A DNA stretch of 64,000 bases from Anaeramoeba ignava BMAN (lineage: Eukaryota > Protista > Anaeramoebae). The stretch spans positions 62,001 to 126,000 of the forward strand of contig JAPDFW010000055.1 in the NCBI GenBank assembly GCA_028826165.1, written 5' to 3'. Of the stretch, positions 48,601 to 62,391 are shown in pieces. Under the pieces are notes generated by a model, which saw nothing but the letters and a program-made list of their open reading frames with translations, was not told the DNA's origin and made no database searches. How positions within the stretch are numbered: the first letter of the stretch is position 1; the number at the start of each line of letters is the position of its first letter. The translations under genes and the position numbers were made by a program.

Positions 48601-51600
48601 TTTCTTTTTGTTCTTTTTCAATTTTTGGTTTAATCATTTCTTCATGAGATTTTTCAATTTTTGGTTTTTCATTTTCAAGATGTTCATTTAAAGCGTTCTC
48701 GAAATTATCTCCAAAATAAATGACTTTGTGTAAACTTGTGTCTAATATTTAATATAATTTTTAAATAATTTTATATTTAATTTTATAATTAATTTTATAA
48801 ATATTTTTTGAATTAATTTTTTGAATTAATTTTATAATTAATTTTATATTTAATTTTATAATTAATTTTATATTTAATTTTATAATTAATTTTATAATTA
48901 ATTTTGAAAATAAATTTACCTTTAATGTCATATTTTGGTATATCTTGTAAATATTTAAGCATATCAGAAAGAAATTCCCAAAATTCAAATTGATCAAATT
49001 CTTTTAAATGAATAAATGAAAGAATACTTCTTAAAATTTCTTCAGGAAGTTTGTCTTCACCATGACTTTTCATTTCTTTAATGAAAAATTCTAAGATTGA
49101 AAATGGTGTTGAAACATCAGCTAATAATGTACCATATTTATTTTGTATATAAGATTCATTGTGGCTTTTTTGCATTTGAAAAATTTCAATTTGTTTTTTC
49201 ACTTTATCATCAACAATATCTATAAAGCTCTTTAATTTTATATATTTATATTTATATTTATATTTAGATTTAGATTTAGATTTAGATTTAGATTTATATT
49301 TATATTTTTATATTTATATTTATATTTATAATTTATATTTATATTTATATTTATATTTATATTTATATTTATATTTATATTTATATTTATATTTATATTT
49401 ATATTTATATTTATATTTATATTTATATTTATATTTATATTTATATTTATATTTATATTTATATTTATATTTATATTTATATTTATATTTATATTTATAT
49501 TTATATTTATATTTATATTTATATTTATATTTATATTTATATTTATATTTATATTTATATTTATATTTATATTTATATTTATTTATATTTTATATTTATA
49601 TTTATATTTATATTTATATTTATATTTATATTTATATTTTATATTTATATTTATATTTATATTTATATTTATATTTATATTTATATTTATATTTATATTT
49701 ATATTTATATTTATATTTTATTTTTTATTTAGATTTAGATTTATATTTATATTTATATTTATATTTATATTTTATTTTATATTTATATATTTTTAGATTT
49801 ATATTTTTATATTTATATATTTATATTTATATTTATATTTATATTTATATTTATATTTATATTTATTCATATATTTTATTTTATATTTATATTTATATTT
49901 ATTTATATTTATATTTATATTTATATTTATATTTATTTTATTTTTATATTTATATTTATATTTATATTTATATTTATATTTTTATTTATATTTATATTTA
50001 TATTTATATTTATATTTATATTTATATTTATATTTATATTTATATTTATATTTATATTTGTATTTATATTTATATTTATATTTATATTTATATTTATATT
50101 TATATTTATATTTATATTTATAGATTTATATTTATATTTATATTTATATTTTATATTTAGATTTAGATTTATATTTATATTTTATATTTATATTTAGATT
50201 TATATTTATATTTATATTTTATATTTATATTTATAATTATATTTATATTTATATTTAGATTTATATTTATATTTATATTTATTTTTATATTTAGATTTAT
50301 ATTTATATTTTATATTTTTATATTTATATTTATATTTATATATATATATTTAGATTTATATTTTATTTATTTATATTTATATTTATATTTATATTTATAT
50401 TTATATTTATATTTATATTTATATTTATATTTATATTTAGATTTATATTTATATTTATATTTATATTTATAATTATATTTATATTTATATTTATTTTTAT
50501 TTTTATATTTATATTTATATTTATATTTATATTTATTTTTATTTTTATAAGTTTTACTTGATCAAGAATTGTTTCAATCATTCCAATCTTTTGGAAAAGA
50601 ATTTGAAAATGATAACTTTTTTCTGGAATATCTGAAAAAATAGAATTTATAAAAATGAAGTACATTGTAATAGAACCAAAAATATCAGATAAAGGAGTTC
50701 CTTTTTTCTTTTCATTCAATACAAATTCTTTCATTTCTCGAAGTTCATTAACAAGAAATATAAAAATATCAGAATTTGGATCTTTTTTTCTTGCAAAGTT
50801 ATTCAAAGTTGTGAATATTTTTTGAAGAAAATTGGGATATTGTTCTATAAATGCTTGGTCATGTTTCGCTAAAAAAATCACTCCTGTTAAAATTTTCATC
50901 ATAAATTCTTTGAGTTTAATAATTAACATTGGATTTTTATCATCTCTTATTGATTGTCCTAAAATTGGAACAGTAATTTCAAATGAATCTTTATAATCTA
51001 AAAAAGCAGCTCGCCCTTCCTAAAGTTATTATTTAAATTATTATTAAAATTATTATTAAAATTTATTATTAAAATTTATTATTAAAGTTATTATTTAAAG
51101 TTTATTATTAAAATGATTATTAAAATTATTATTAAAATTATTATTAGAATTATTATTAAAATTATTATTAAAATTATTATTAAAATTATTATTAAAATTA
51201 TTATTAAAATTTATTATTATAATTATTATTAAAATTATTATTATAATTATTATTAAAATTATTATTAAAATTATTATTAAAATTATTAAAATTATTATTA
51301 AAATTATTATTATAATTATTATTATAATTATTATTATATAATTATATTATTATAATTATTATTTATAATTATTATTATAATTATTATAATTATTATAATT
51401 ATTATTATAATTATTATAATTATTATTATAATTATTATAATTATTATTATAATTATTATTAAAATTATTATTAAAATTATTATTAAAATTTATTATTAAA
51501 TTTATTATTATAATTATTATTAAAATTTATTATTAAATTTATTATTAAAATTATTATTAAAATTATTATTAAAATTATTATTAAAAATTATTATTAAATT

Positions 51601-52643
51601 TATAATTATAATTATTATTAAATTTATTATTATAATTATTATTAAAATTATTATTAAAATTATTATAATTTATTATTATAATTATTATTAAAATTATTAT
51701 TATAATTATTATTAAAATTATTATTATAATTATTATTATAATTATTATTATAATTATTATTAAAATTATTATTATAATTATAATTAAATGAACATTACAG
51801 CATTATTTATTAAATGATCTAAACATTTGTAATAATTAATTAAATTTGGGTATGATAATGTTGGAAGACTCATTTCATTTTTAAGAGATGAAAGCAAGGC
51901 TTCATGACCATTTCCCCTAATAAATTCTTTAATCCAAGAAATTTGTGAATGCGCCAAATGGAATTCCAATTTAGCAATGATTGCAGGTTTTACACTTGAT
52001 TTTAATAATTGAAAAATAAAGGAACTGACTTGTTTCATCTATTTTAATTTTAAATTTTAATTTTAAATTTAATTTTAATTTTAATTTTAATTTTAATTTT
52101 AATTTTAATTTTAATTTTAATTCTAATTTTAATTTTAATTTTGATTTTAATTTTAATTTTAATTTCAATTTTAATTTTAATTTTAATTTACTTCTTCGTC
52201 TTTTTCTTGTGTATCGATTTTAGAAACGAATTGTTGAATAAGTGCTTGTTTTGATTCATCAGCCATCTCCTCTAATTTTTCAAGTGAAATATTTGATTCT
52301 TTTGACTTAATTATGAAAAAACAAAAATAAAAAGAATTTTTAATTTTTAATTTTTAATTTAGATTAAATGTGAATTGTGATTTGGAATTTGTATTATTTT
52401 AATTTAGGGTTTTAATTTAAAATGGTAATTTTAATTTTTATTTTGATTTTTATTATTAAAAATGGGGTTAAATTTATTTTTTAAAAACAAAAAAGAGAAA
52501 AAAAAATAAAAGAAAATTTTAATTACCACTTGAATTAAAAGTTGTTGGACTTCTTCTTTTGATTTCTTTGAAATGTCAAAATCTACACTTTTTTGATTTT
52601 TCTTTGATTTTTTTGAGTTTTTTTGTTTCTTTTTATTCCACAT
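45612..52643 (-). CDS. Diaphanous-related formin (GBD/FH3, FH1, FH2, DAD), 8 exons
   Basis: GBD-like [16 protein letters not shown]1 (T/M)GGPPPP repeats at ~47930-48167. FH2 [46 protein letters not shown]-like [16 protein letters not shown]. Confidence 0.92.
49235..50550 (+). repeat. 1.3-kb intronic (TATATT)n microsatellite in the formin gene
   Basis: Read directly. The same unit occurs in a CTR9 intron at 41450-41820. Confidence 0.93.
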
Positions 52644-52955
52644 TAAACAATCATAAAAATGAAAAAAAAAATGAAAAGAAAAAAATGAAAAATTAAAAAT
52701 CAAAATTTAACTCATTTTTTTGAAACTTATTTTTATTTTTTAATAATAAGAAAAAAAATAATAAAAGAGAAGAAAGAAAAATTAGATCTTTAATTATTTT
52801 AATTTCAATTTCATTTTAATATTAATTTCAATTTTAATATTAATTTCAATTTCAATTTTGATTTCAATTTTAATTTAAATTTTAATTTTAATTTTAATTT
52901 TAATATTAATTTTAATTTTAATTTCAATTTTAATTTCAATTTTGAGTTTGGAATT

Positions 52956-54288
52956 TTAATTTTGGTTCATCTTTTTTTTTAATTGGATTTCATCAAATTC
53001 TGTTAAAAAATCTTTCAAAACTAAAATCCAAAAAAAAAGTAAGAAAAATTAGTATTAAATTAAATTAAAAATTAAATTAAAAAATTAAATTAAAAATTAA
53101 ATACTTTTTTCTTCAATATTTTTTTCTAAATTTTCCAATTTTTGATCTACATCTTGATCTAAACCATAATAACTTGAATCAACTCTTTCACGTAAATCAG
53201 AAGATGTTTTAGTTTCTACAAATTTTTTTTCAGTTTCCATATGTTCTTTAACCCCTAAAAGACGTTGTGCAGCTCCAAAATATCGATAATATTCTTGATT
53301 TCCAATTTCTCGTCCAAGTTCATCAGTTGGTTTTGGATTTAATTTTTCATAATCAGGTCCTCCTAATTCTTTTATACGTTCTTCCCATTCAATTTTTTTT
53401 TGAATCCATTTGTTTATTTCATCATTAAGTTCTCTTAATTTATGATCACTAAGAGTATCTAATTTTAATTATAATTTTAATTTTAATTTTCAATTTTAAT
53501 TTTAATTTTAATTATAATTATAATTTTAATTCTAATTTTAATTATAATTTTAATTTTAATTTTAATTTTAATTATAATTTTAATTTTAATTTTTTTAATT
53601 TTAATTTAATTTTAATTTTAATTTTAATAATTTTAATTTTTTTAATTTTAATTTTAATTTTTAATTTTAATTTAATAATTTTTAATTTTAATTTTAATTT
53701 TTAATTTTAATTTTAATTTTTAATTTTAATTTTAATTATAATTTTAATTTTAATTTAATTTAATTTTAATTTTAAAATTTTAATTTTAATTTTAATTTTA
53801 ATTTTAATTTTAATTTTAATTTTAATTTTAATTTTAATTAATTTTAATTTTAATTTTAATTTTTAATTTAATTTTTAATTTTAATTCTAATAATTTTAAT
53901 TTTATTTTTTTAATTTTAATTTTTTTAATTTTAATTTTAATTTTAATTTTAATTTTAATTTTAATTTTAATTTTAATTTTAATTTTAATTTTAATTTTAA
54001 TTTTAATTTTAATTTTAATTCTAATTTTAATTTTAAATTTTAATTTTAATTTTAATTTTAATTTTAATTTTTAATTGTAAATTTAAATAGAAATCAACCA
54101 TTTTGAATTTCTGAAACTTTTCTTCCTATTGATTGAAGTATTTTTTTTCTCCAATATTGAGCTCTTTTTAAATTATGACAATATGATGCTTTCCAAGGCA
54201 TTTTTAATTTTGGTCTTTCATTCTCTTTTTTTTTCATTTCAATATATCTATTTAACATAGAATGTGCTTTTTCTTCATTTCTCGCCAT
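52956..54288 (-). CDS. ISY1: Pre-mRNA splicing factor ISY1, 3 exons
   Basis: MARNEEKAHSMLNRY..ASYC..AQYWRKKI..IGRKVSEIQN|DTLSDHKLRELNDEINK..WEERIKELGGPDY..YRYFGAAQRL. Introns ~53459-54098 and 53021-53104. Confidence 0.92.
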
Positions 54289-54471
54289 TTTTTAATTTTA
54301 TATTTTTTAATTTATATTTTTTAAACAAAGAAAAAAAATGAAAAAATGAAAAATGTTTTTTTTTGGATTAATTTTTTTTTTCATTTTTTTTTTCTCATCA
54401 AATTCAATTATTTTTGTATTTTTTTTTTGTGTTTTTGTTTGTTTGGAAATTTAAAAAAATTTTTTTTCAAA

Positions 54472-57400
54472 ATGGATATTCATTTAACGAATAAAATTGG
54501 AGTTGATGATCTTGTATTACTCCATAAAATAACGGAAACACAAATAAATGATAATTTACAAAAACGTTTTTTAAATGATATTATTTATGTAAAAACAAAA
54601 ATCCAAAAAAAAAAAACAATTTAAATAAACAATAAAGATTTATATTTGAAATTGAAATTGAAATTTAATTGGAAAAACATTTGAAATCAAAATTGAAATT
54701 TAATTGGAAAAACATTTATAATTTGAAATTAAAATTGAAATTTAATTGGAAAAACATTTAAAATTATAATTGAAATTTAATTGGAAAATCATTTATAATT
54801 GGAATTGAAATTGAAATTGAAATTTAAATTGTAAAAACATTTAAAATTGAAATTAAATTTAATTGGAAAAACATTTTAAATTGAAATTAAATTAAATTGG
54901 AAAATCATTTATAATTGAAATTAAAATTGAAATTGAAATTTAATTGGAAAAACATTTAAAATTGAAATATAATTGGAAAAACATTTTAAATTATAATTGT
55001 AATTTAATTGGAAAAACATTTGAAATTTAATGGAAAAACATTTAAAATTGAAATTTAATTGAAAAAACATTTGAAATTTGAAATTGAAATATAATTGGAA
55101 AAACATTTATAATCAAAATTAAAATTAAAATTTGAAATTAAATTGGAAAAACATTAGACATATATTGGTTTTGTTCTTGTTTCTATCAATCCTTATAAAG
55201 AATTACATTGTTATTCAAATGACATAATTCAAAGATATGAAGGAAAATTTCCACATGAACAACCTCCACATATTTATGCTTTAGCTAATCAAGTTTACAC
55301 AAATTTAATTAAAAATAAACAAAGTCAAACTGTAATTATAACGTAAGTTAAAAAAATGTTTCAAAATCAAAAAAAAATTTTTCAATTAATTAATTTTTTT
55401 GCTTTTTTTTTTAAAAAAGTGGAGAAAGTGGATCTGGTAAAACAGAAAGTGCTAAACTTATTATGCAATATCTTTCAGTTGTTTCTGGTGGTGGAAAAGA
55501 GATTGAGCATATTAAACGAGTTATTTTGGAAAGCAACCAAATTATTGAATCTTTTGGAAATGCAACAACAATTCAAAATAATAATTCAAGTCGTTTTGTA
55601 ATTAAAAATCAAAATTTAAAATCAAAATTTAAAATTAAATTAAAAATCAAATTTAAAATCAAAATTTAAAATCAAAATTAAAAATTAAATTAAAAATTAA
55701 ATTAAAAATCAAATTTAAAATCAAAATTTAAAATCAAAATTTAAAATCAAAATTTAAAATCGGAAATTATTTTAGGGTAAATATTTTACAATTCATTTTA
55801 ATGAAAAAGGTTACCCTATTGGTGGAAAAATTGAAACTTATCTTCTTGAAAAATCAAGAGTTGTTTTTCAACAAAAAGGAGAAAGAAATTTTCATATTTT
55901 TTATCAATTAGTTTCTGGTTGTTCACAAGAAGAAAAGGGTTTGTTTTGATAATTTTTCTCATTTTATACATAAATAATTTAATTTAAAAATAATTTAATT
56001 CATAAATAATTTAATTTAAAAATAATTTAATTTATAAATAATTTAATTCAAAAATAATTTAATTTATAAATAATTTAATTTAAAAATAATTTAATTTATA
56101 AATAATTTAATTCAAAAATAATTTAATTTATAAATAATTTAATTTAAAAATAATTTAATTCAAAAATAATTTAATTTATAAATAATTTAATTTATAAATA
56201 ATTTAATCCATAAATAATTTAATTTATAAATAATTTAATTTATAAATTAAAAATAATTTAATTTAAAAAAAAATAATTTAATTTAATTTATAAATAATTT
56301 AATTTATAAATAATTTAATTTATAAATAATTTAATTCAAAAATAATTTAATTTATAAATAATTTAATTCAAAAATAATTTAATTCAAAAATAATTTAATT
56401 TATAAATAATTTAATTCATAAATAATTCAAAAATAAATATAGATTTCTTTGGTTTGGGATCTCCTGAAGATTTCCATTATCTTAATCAAAGTTCAAAAAT
56501 CAAAATTGAAGGAATAAATGAATCTGAACAATTTCAAAAAACTAAAAAAGCAATGACAGAAATAGGATTTTCAGAAGATGATCAAGATAACATTTTCCGA
56601 TGTTTAGCTGGAATTTTATTTCTTGGAAACATTGAATTTTGTGAAGATGAAAATCATCATTCTCAAATTGCAAATCAAAATACTGTTTCATGGGCTGCAA
56701 GTTTATTAGGTGTTGATGAACTCTCACTTTCTTTTTCATTAACTTGCAGAACAATAATGTCTGGTTCAAAAAGAGGAACAACATTTAATGTTCCACAAAC
56801 AGTTGGACAAGTAAATTAAAAGAAAAGGAAATAATTTAATTTAATTTAATTTAATTTAATTAATTTTATTCTTTATATTTCTTCATTTGAAAAGGCAATT
56901 TTTGCTAGAGATGCACTTGCAAAAGCAATTTATTCTCGTTTATTTAATTTAATTATTAATTCTATTAATGAATCACTTGGAAACAAAGATTCAAAACTTG
57001 TTATTGGAGTTCTTGATATTTTTGGATTTGAAATTTTTGAAAATAATGGATTTGAACAATTTTGTATTAATTTTGTAAATGAAAAATTACATCAACTTTT
57101 TATTAAACTTACACTTAAAGAAGAACAAGAAGAATATAAAAAAGAAGGGATTGAATGGAAATTAGTTGATTTTTGGGATAATCAGAATGTTTGTGAACTT
57201 ATTGAAGGAAAAACACCACCTGGAATGTTAAATATTTTGAATGATAGTAAAATTTCAAATCAAATTCCAAATCAAATTTTAAATCAAATTTCAAATCAAA
57301 TTTTAAATCAAATTTTAAATCAAATTTCAAATTAAATTTTAAATCAAATTCCAAATCAAATTTAAATCAAATTTTAAATTAAATTTCAAATCAAATTTCA

Positions 57401-60400
57401 AATCAAATTTTAAATCAAATTTTAAATCAAATTTTAAATCAAATTTCAAATCAAATTTCAAATCAAATTTTAAATCAAATTCCAAATCAAATTTAAATCA
57501 AATTTTAAATTAAATTTCAAATCAAATTTCAAATCAAATCAAATTTTAAATCAAATTTTAAATCAAATTTTAAATCAAATTTCAAATCAAATTTTAAATC
57601 AAATTTTAAATCAAATTTTAAATTAAATTTTAAATTAAATTTTAAATTAAATTTTAAATTAAATTTTAAATTAAATTCCAAATCAAATTTTAAATCAAAA
57701 TTCCAAATCAAATTTTAAATCAAATTTTAAATCAAATTTTAAATCAAAATTCCAAATCAAATTTCCAAATCAAAATTCCAAATCAAATTTTAAATCAAAT
57801 TTTAAATCAAATTTTAAATTAAATTTCAAATCAAATTTTAAATCAAATTTTAAATCAAATTTTAAATCAAATTTCAAATCAAATTTTAAATCAAATTTTA
57901 AATCAAATTTTAAATTAAATTTAAATCAAAATTCCAAATCAAAATTTAAATCAAAATTCCAAATCAAATTTTAAATCAAATTTCAAATCAAATTTTAAAT
58001 TAAATTTCAAATCAAAATTCAAATCAAATTTCAAATCAAATTCAAATCAAATTTTAAATTAAATTTTAAATCAAATTTCAAATCAAATTTCAAATCAAAT
58101 TTCAAATCAAATTTTAAATCAAATTTCAAATCAAATTAATTCAAAAAATCCAAAAAGTTTGTCTTCTTCCTCAAACAGATAATCAAGACTTAATTTTTCT
58201 TGGAAAACTTGATGAACAATTTTCAAATAATAAACGATATAAACATCCACCTAAATTTGTTGATAAATTTCAAATGTATCATTATGCAGGAGAAGTAGAT
58301 TATGATATAAATGGATTTTGTGAAAAAAATACAGATCTTTTATTTAATGATTTAATAGCACTTTGTCAAGGAAGTTTTTTCCCTTTATTATCACAATTAT
58401 TTCCTGATAAAATTACAGAAGATGATAAAAAAAGACCAACATCAGTTGGAACTAAAATAATGCAAAATGTTAATTCTTTATTGAATAAATTAAATGAATG
58501 TATTCCTCATTATATTCGTTGTATTCGTCCTAATCATAATAAAAAACCTGGTTATTTTGATACTTCATTGGTTCAACATCAAATAAGATATTTAGGACTT
58601 CTTGAAAATGGTAGTTTATTTTTCAAAATAAATTTAAATTAAAATTAAAATTAAAATTAAAATTAAAATTAAAATTAAAATCAAAATTAAAATTAAAATT
58701 AAAATTTATTTATAAATTTCAAATTAAAATTAAAATTAAAAATAAAATTAAAATTAATATTAAAATTGAAATTAAAATTGAAATTAAAATCAAAATTTAA
58801 AATTAAAATTAAAATTAAAATTAAAATTAAAATTAAAATTAAAATTAAAATTGAAAATTGTTTTTAGTTCTTGTAAGAAGAGCAGGATTCGCCTTCCGTT
58901 TAGATTTTTCAGTTTTTGTAGAAAGATACGGAGTTATCAGTGGAGAAACATTTCCACAACAAAACGGAAGTAAAGAAGAAGAATGTCGTTCAATTTTAAA
59001 AGCATCATATATTTCAACAAAAGAATATCGACTTGGAAAAACAAAAGTGTTTCTAAAAACACCAGAATCACTGTTTCAAATTGAAGAACAAAAAGATCGT
59101 AGATTCCATTCAGCAGCAAAAATGATTCAGAGAGAATATCGACGCTGGAAATTAAATCATTATTATTCCAAAATTGAAAAAAATGCAGCAAATCTTTTAT
59201 TACATAAAAAACAACGAAGAAGAATATCTTTGAATAGAAAATATTGGGGAGATTATCTTTATTCATCATCAAATCCAAGACTAAAAATTGTCATGGGAAA
59301 TTATTCATCAGAAAATATTCTTTATTCAAATTTAGTTTATCGAGTTGGATTCACTCGATTTCGCAAACAACCCAAACGTGAAGACAGAAATATTGTCATC
59401 ACAAAAGAAGCTTTTTATATTATAAATTCTGTTGTCATTAAAACAAAAATCAAAAAAATACTTACTTGGCAAATCTCAAGAAGAATTCCGTTGAAAGAAA
59501 TCAATCAAGTTATTTTATCTTCTTTTCCTGATTGTTTTGTTGTGATTAAAATTTCTGATTATGATTTGCTTATTGAAGACCAAAAAAAAACAGAGTTGGT
59601 TTCTGTTTTATTATATGCAAAACAAATTCAAAACCAGGATCTTCAATTATCATTTTTAAACGAAATGGATTTTCTTGAAAAAAAAGGAAAAATTCGAAAA
59701 ATTTTTTTCAAACAAGATCCAAAATCAAATTATTTTATGCCAAAAATTAAAAAAGGTCGTTCTGGTTCTTTAGTTGTGAGAGTTGCACAAGGTTTAGGAT
59801 CAGATATTGAATCCAAATTCTTAATTGAAAAAAAGTCGAATCAAAATCAAAATCAAAATCAAAATCAAAATCGAAATCAAAATCAAAATCAAAATCAAAA
59901 TCAACCAAAATCAAAAAAGCAAGAAATTATTCAAAAAGCTTTTGAAAATACAAAATCAATAAATTTTTCACAAATATCATTGCAAAGAAATATTTTGCAA
60001 AGAAAGCATTCAATGCAAGTAAAAAGAAGAACAGTTAGACCAAGCAAACCTGCTCCTTCTTTGAAAAATCGAGATACTGTTTTACAAAATCCAGTAGTTA
60101 TACAAAAATTATTTCAAAAAAAAGTTAAAAGAGAAATTTTATCAGAAAAAGCAAATATAAATGAAAATCAAAATCAAAATGAAAATCAAAATCAAATTCA
60201 ATTTGGATATCGAAATGAAAATGAAAATGAAAATGAAAATGAAAATGAAAATGAAAATCAAAATGAAAATGAAAATGAAAATGAATTTGAAAATCAAATT
60301 CAATTTGGATATCGAAATCAAATTGAAAATGAAAATGAAAATGAAAATCAAATTCAATTTGGATATCGAAATGAAAATATAAATAAAATTCAATTTGGAT

Positions 60401-62283
60401 ATCAAAATGAAAATCAAAATGAAAATCAAAATCAAAATCAAAATCAAAATCAAAATCAAAATCAAAATCAAAATGAAAATCAAAATGAAAATCAAAATGA
60501 AAATCAAAATCAAAATCAAAATGAAAATCAAAATCAAAATCAAAATCAAAATCAAAATCAAAATCAAAATCAAAATCAAAATCAAAATCAAAATCAAAAT
60601 CAAAATCAAAATCAAATTCCAAAAAAATCTATTCAATTTGATATTTCCACAAATGATATTGAAAATTTTATGGAAAGAAAACCAAAACTCTCTAATCCTC
60701 TTTCAAGATCACAATCAGTATTAATTAAAAAAGATTTATCACCAAAATTACCAAAAAAAACAAAAAATAGTAAAAAACAAAGAGAAAAAATAAATTTCAA
60801 ATTTAAAAAGAAGAAAAAACAAAACAATTCAAAATAATCTTTATAATTCAATTTATTTTAAATATTAAAGTTTATAAAAGGCCATCAAAACCAGCTCCAG
60901 TTTTAAAACCAAATATTGATAAAAGACCCAAAGTTATTACTTTATATGATTATACCGCAGATGAAAAAGGATATCTTAGTTTTAATAAAGGTGAATTTAT
61001 TTTTGTTGAACAAAAAAATTCTGATGGTTGGTGGTTTGGTGAATTAAATGGTGTTCATGGTTTCTTTCCTTCAAATTTTATTCGAGAAATCAAAGGTTCC
61101 AGGAAAAAAGTATTTACTATTTAAATCATTATTTAATATTTAAATCAATTTAATCAATTTAATCAATTTAATCAATTTAATCAATTTAATCAATTTAATC
61201 AATTTAATCAATTTAAATCAATTTAAATCAATTTAATCAATTTAATAAATTTAAATCAATATTTAAATCAATTTAATATTTAATATTTAATCAATTTAAT
61301 ATTTAATCAATTTAATCTTTAAATCAATTTAAATCAAATTAATCAATTTAAATCAAATTAATCAATTTAATATTTAAATCAATATTTAAACCAATTTAAT
61401 CAATTTAATATTTAATCAATTTAATATTTAATATTTAATCAATTTAATATTTAATATTTAATATTTAATCAATATTTAATATTTTAATCAATTTAATATT
61501 TAATATTTAATCAATTTAAATTTAATATTTAATCAATTTAATCAATTTAATATTTAAATTAATTTAATCAATTTAATCAATTTAATATTTAAATCAATTT
61601 AATCAATTTAATCAATTTAATCAATTTTAATCAATTTAATCAATTTAATATTTAAATTAATCAATTAAATCAATTTAATCAATTTAATATTTAATCAATT
61701 TAATCAATTTAATATTTAATATTTAAATCAATTTAATTTAAATCAATTTTAATATTTAATATTTAAAATTAAATCAATTTAATCAATTTAATATTTAATA
61801 TTTAATCAATTTAATCAATTTAATATTTAATATTTAAATCAATTTAATCAATTTAAATCAATTTAATCAATTTAATATTTAAATTAATCAATTAAATCAA
61901 TTTAATCAATTTAATATTTAATATTTAATCAATTTAATCAATTTAATCAATTTAATCAATTTAAATCAATTTAATCAATTTAATCAATTTAATCAATTTA
62001 ATATTTAATATTTTAAATCAATTTAATATTTAATATTTAATATTTTAATCAATTTAATCAATTTAATCAATTAAATCAATTTAATATTTAATCAATTTAA
62101 TCAATTTAATCAATTTAATATTTAATCAATTTAATCAATTTAAATCAATTTAATCAATTTAATCAATTTAAATCAATATTTAAATCAATATTTAAATCAA
62201 TTTAATATTTAATATTTAATCAATTTAATATTTTATTTATTTATTAGATTGTTAGTAACCAAAAAAGTGGAATGCTTTTATGA
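54472..62283 (+). CDS. Long-tailed class I myosin (motor, IQ, TH1, N/Q/E-rich TH2, SH3), ~10 exons
   Basis: [75 protein letters not shown] ([12 protein letters not shown]), TH1, and SH3 ([29 protein letters not shown]) at ~60930-61090. Confidence 0.93.
54645..55155 (+). repeat. Intronic ~35-bp minisatellite with core AATTGGAAAAACATTT (myosin intron 1)
   Basis: The core recurs more than 10 times at about 30-45 bp spacing. Confidence 0.85.
57250..58140 (+). repeat. Intronic (AAATCAAATTTY)n 12-bp repeat (myosin)
   Basis: Read directly from the sequence. Confidence 0.9.
61120..62235 (+). repeat. Intronic (AATCAATTT)n / (AATATTT)n repeat (last myosin intron)
   Basis: Lies between the GT at 61110 and the AG at ~62247. 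Confidence 0.9.
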
Positions 62284-62391
62284 TTTTATTTGTTTTTTTT
62301 TTTGGATTTTTTTTTTGAAAATCATTTTTTTGAAAATCATTTTTTTGAAAATCATTTTTTTCTTTTTATATTTTTTTATATAAACAAAAAA

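Noticed and set aside
2842-54288. Functional cluster of RNA-processing and transcription genes (GTF3C6, SmG, CstF-77, CTR9, MMTAG2, ISY1)
   Set aside because: They are interspersed with unrelated genes, and no enrichment test is possible from one window.
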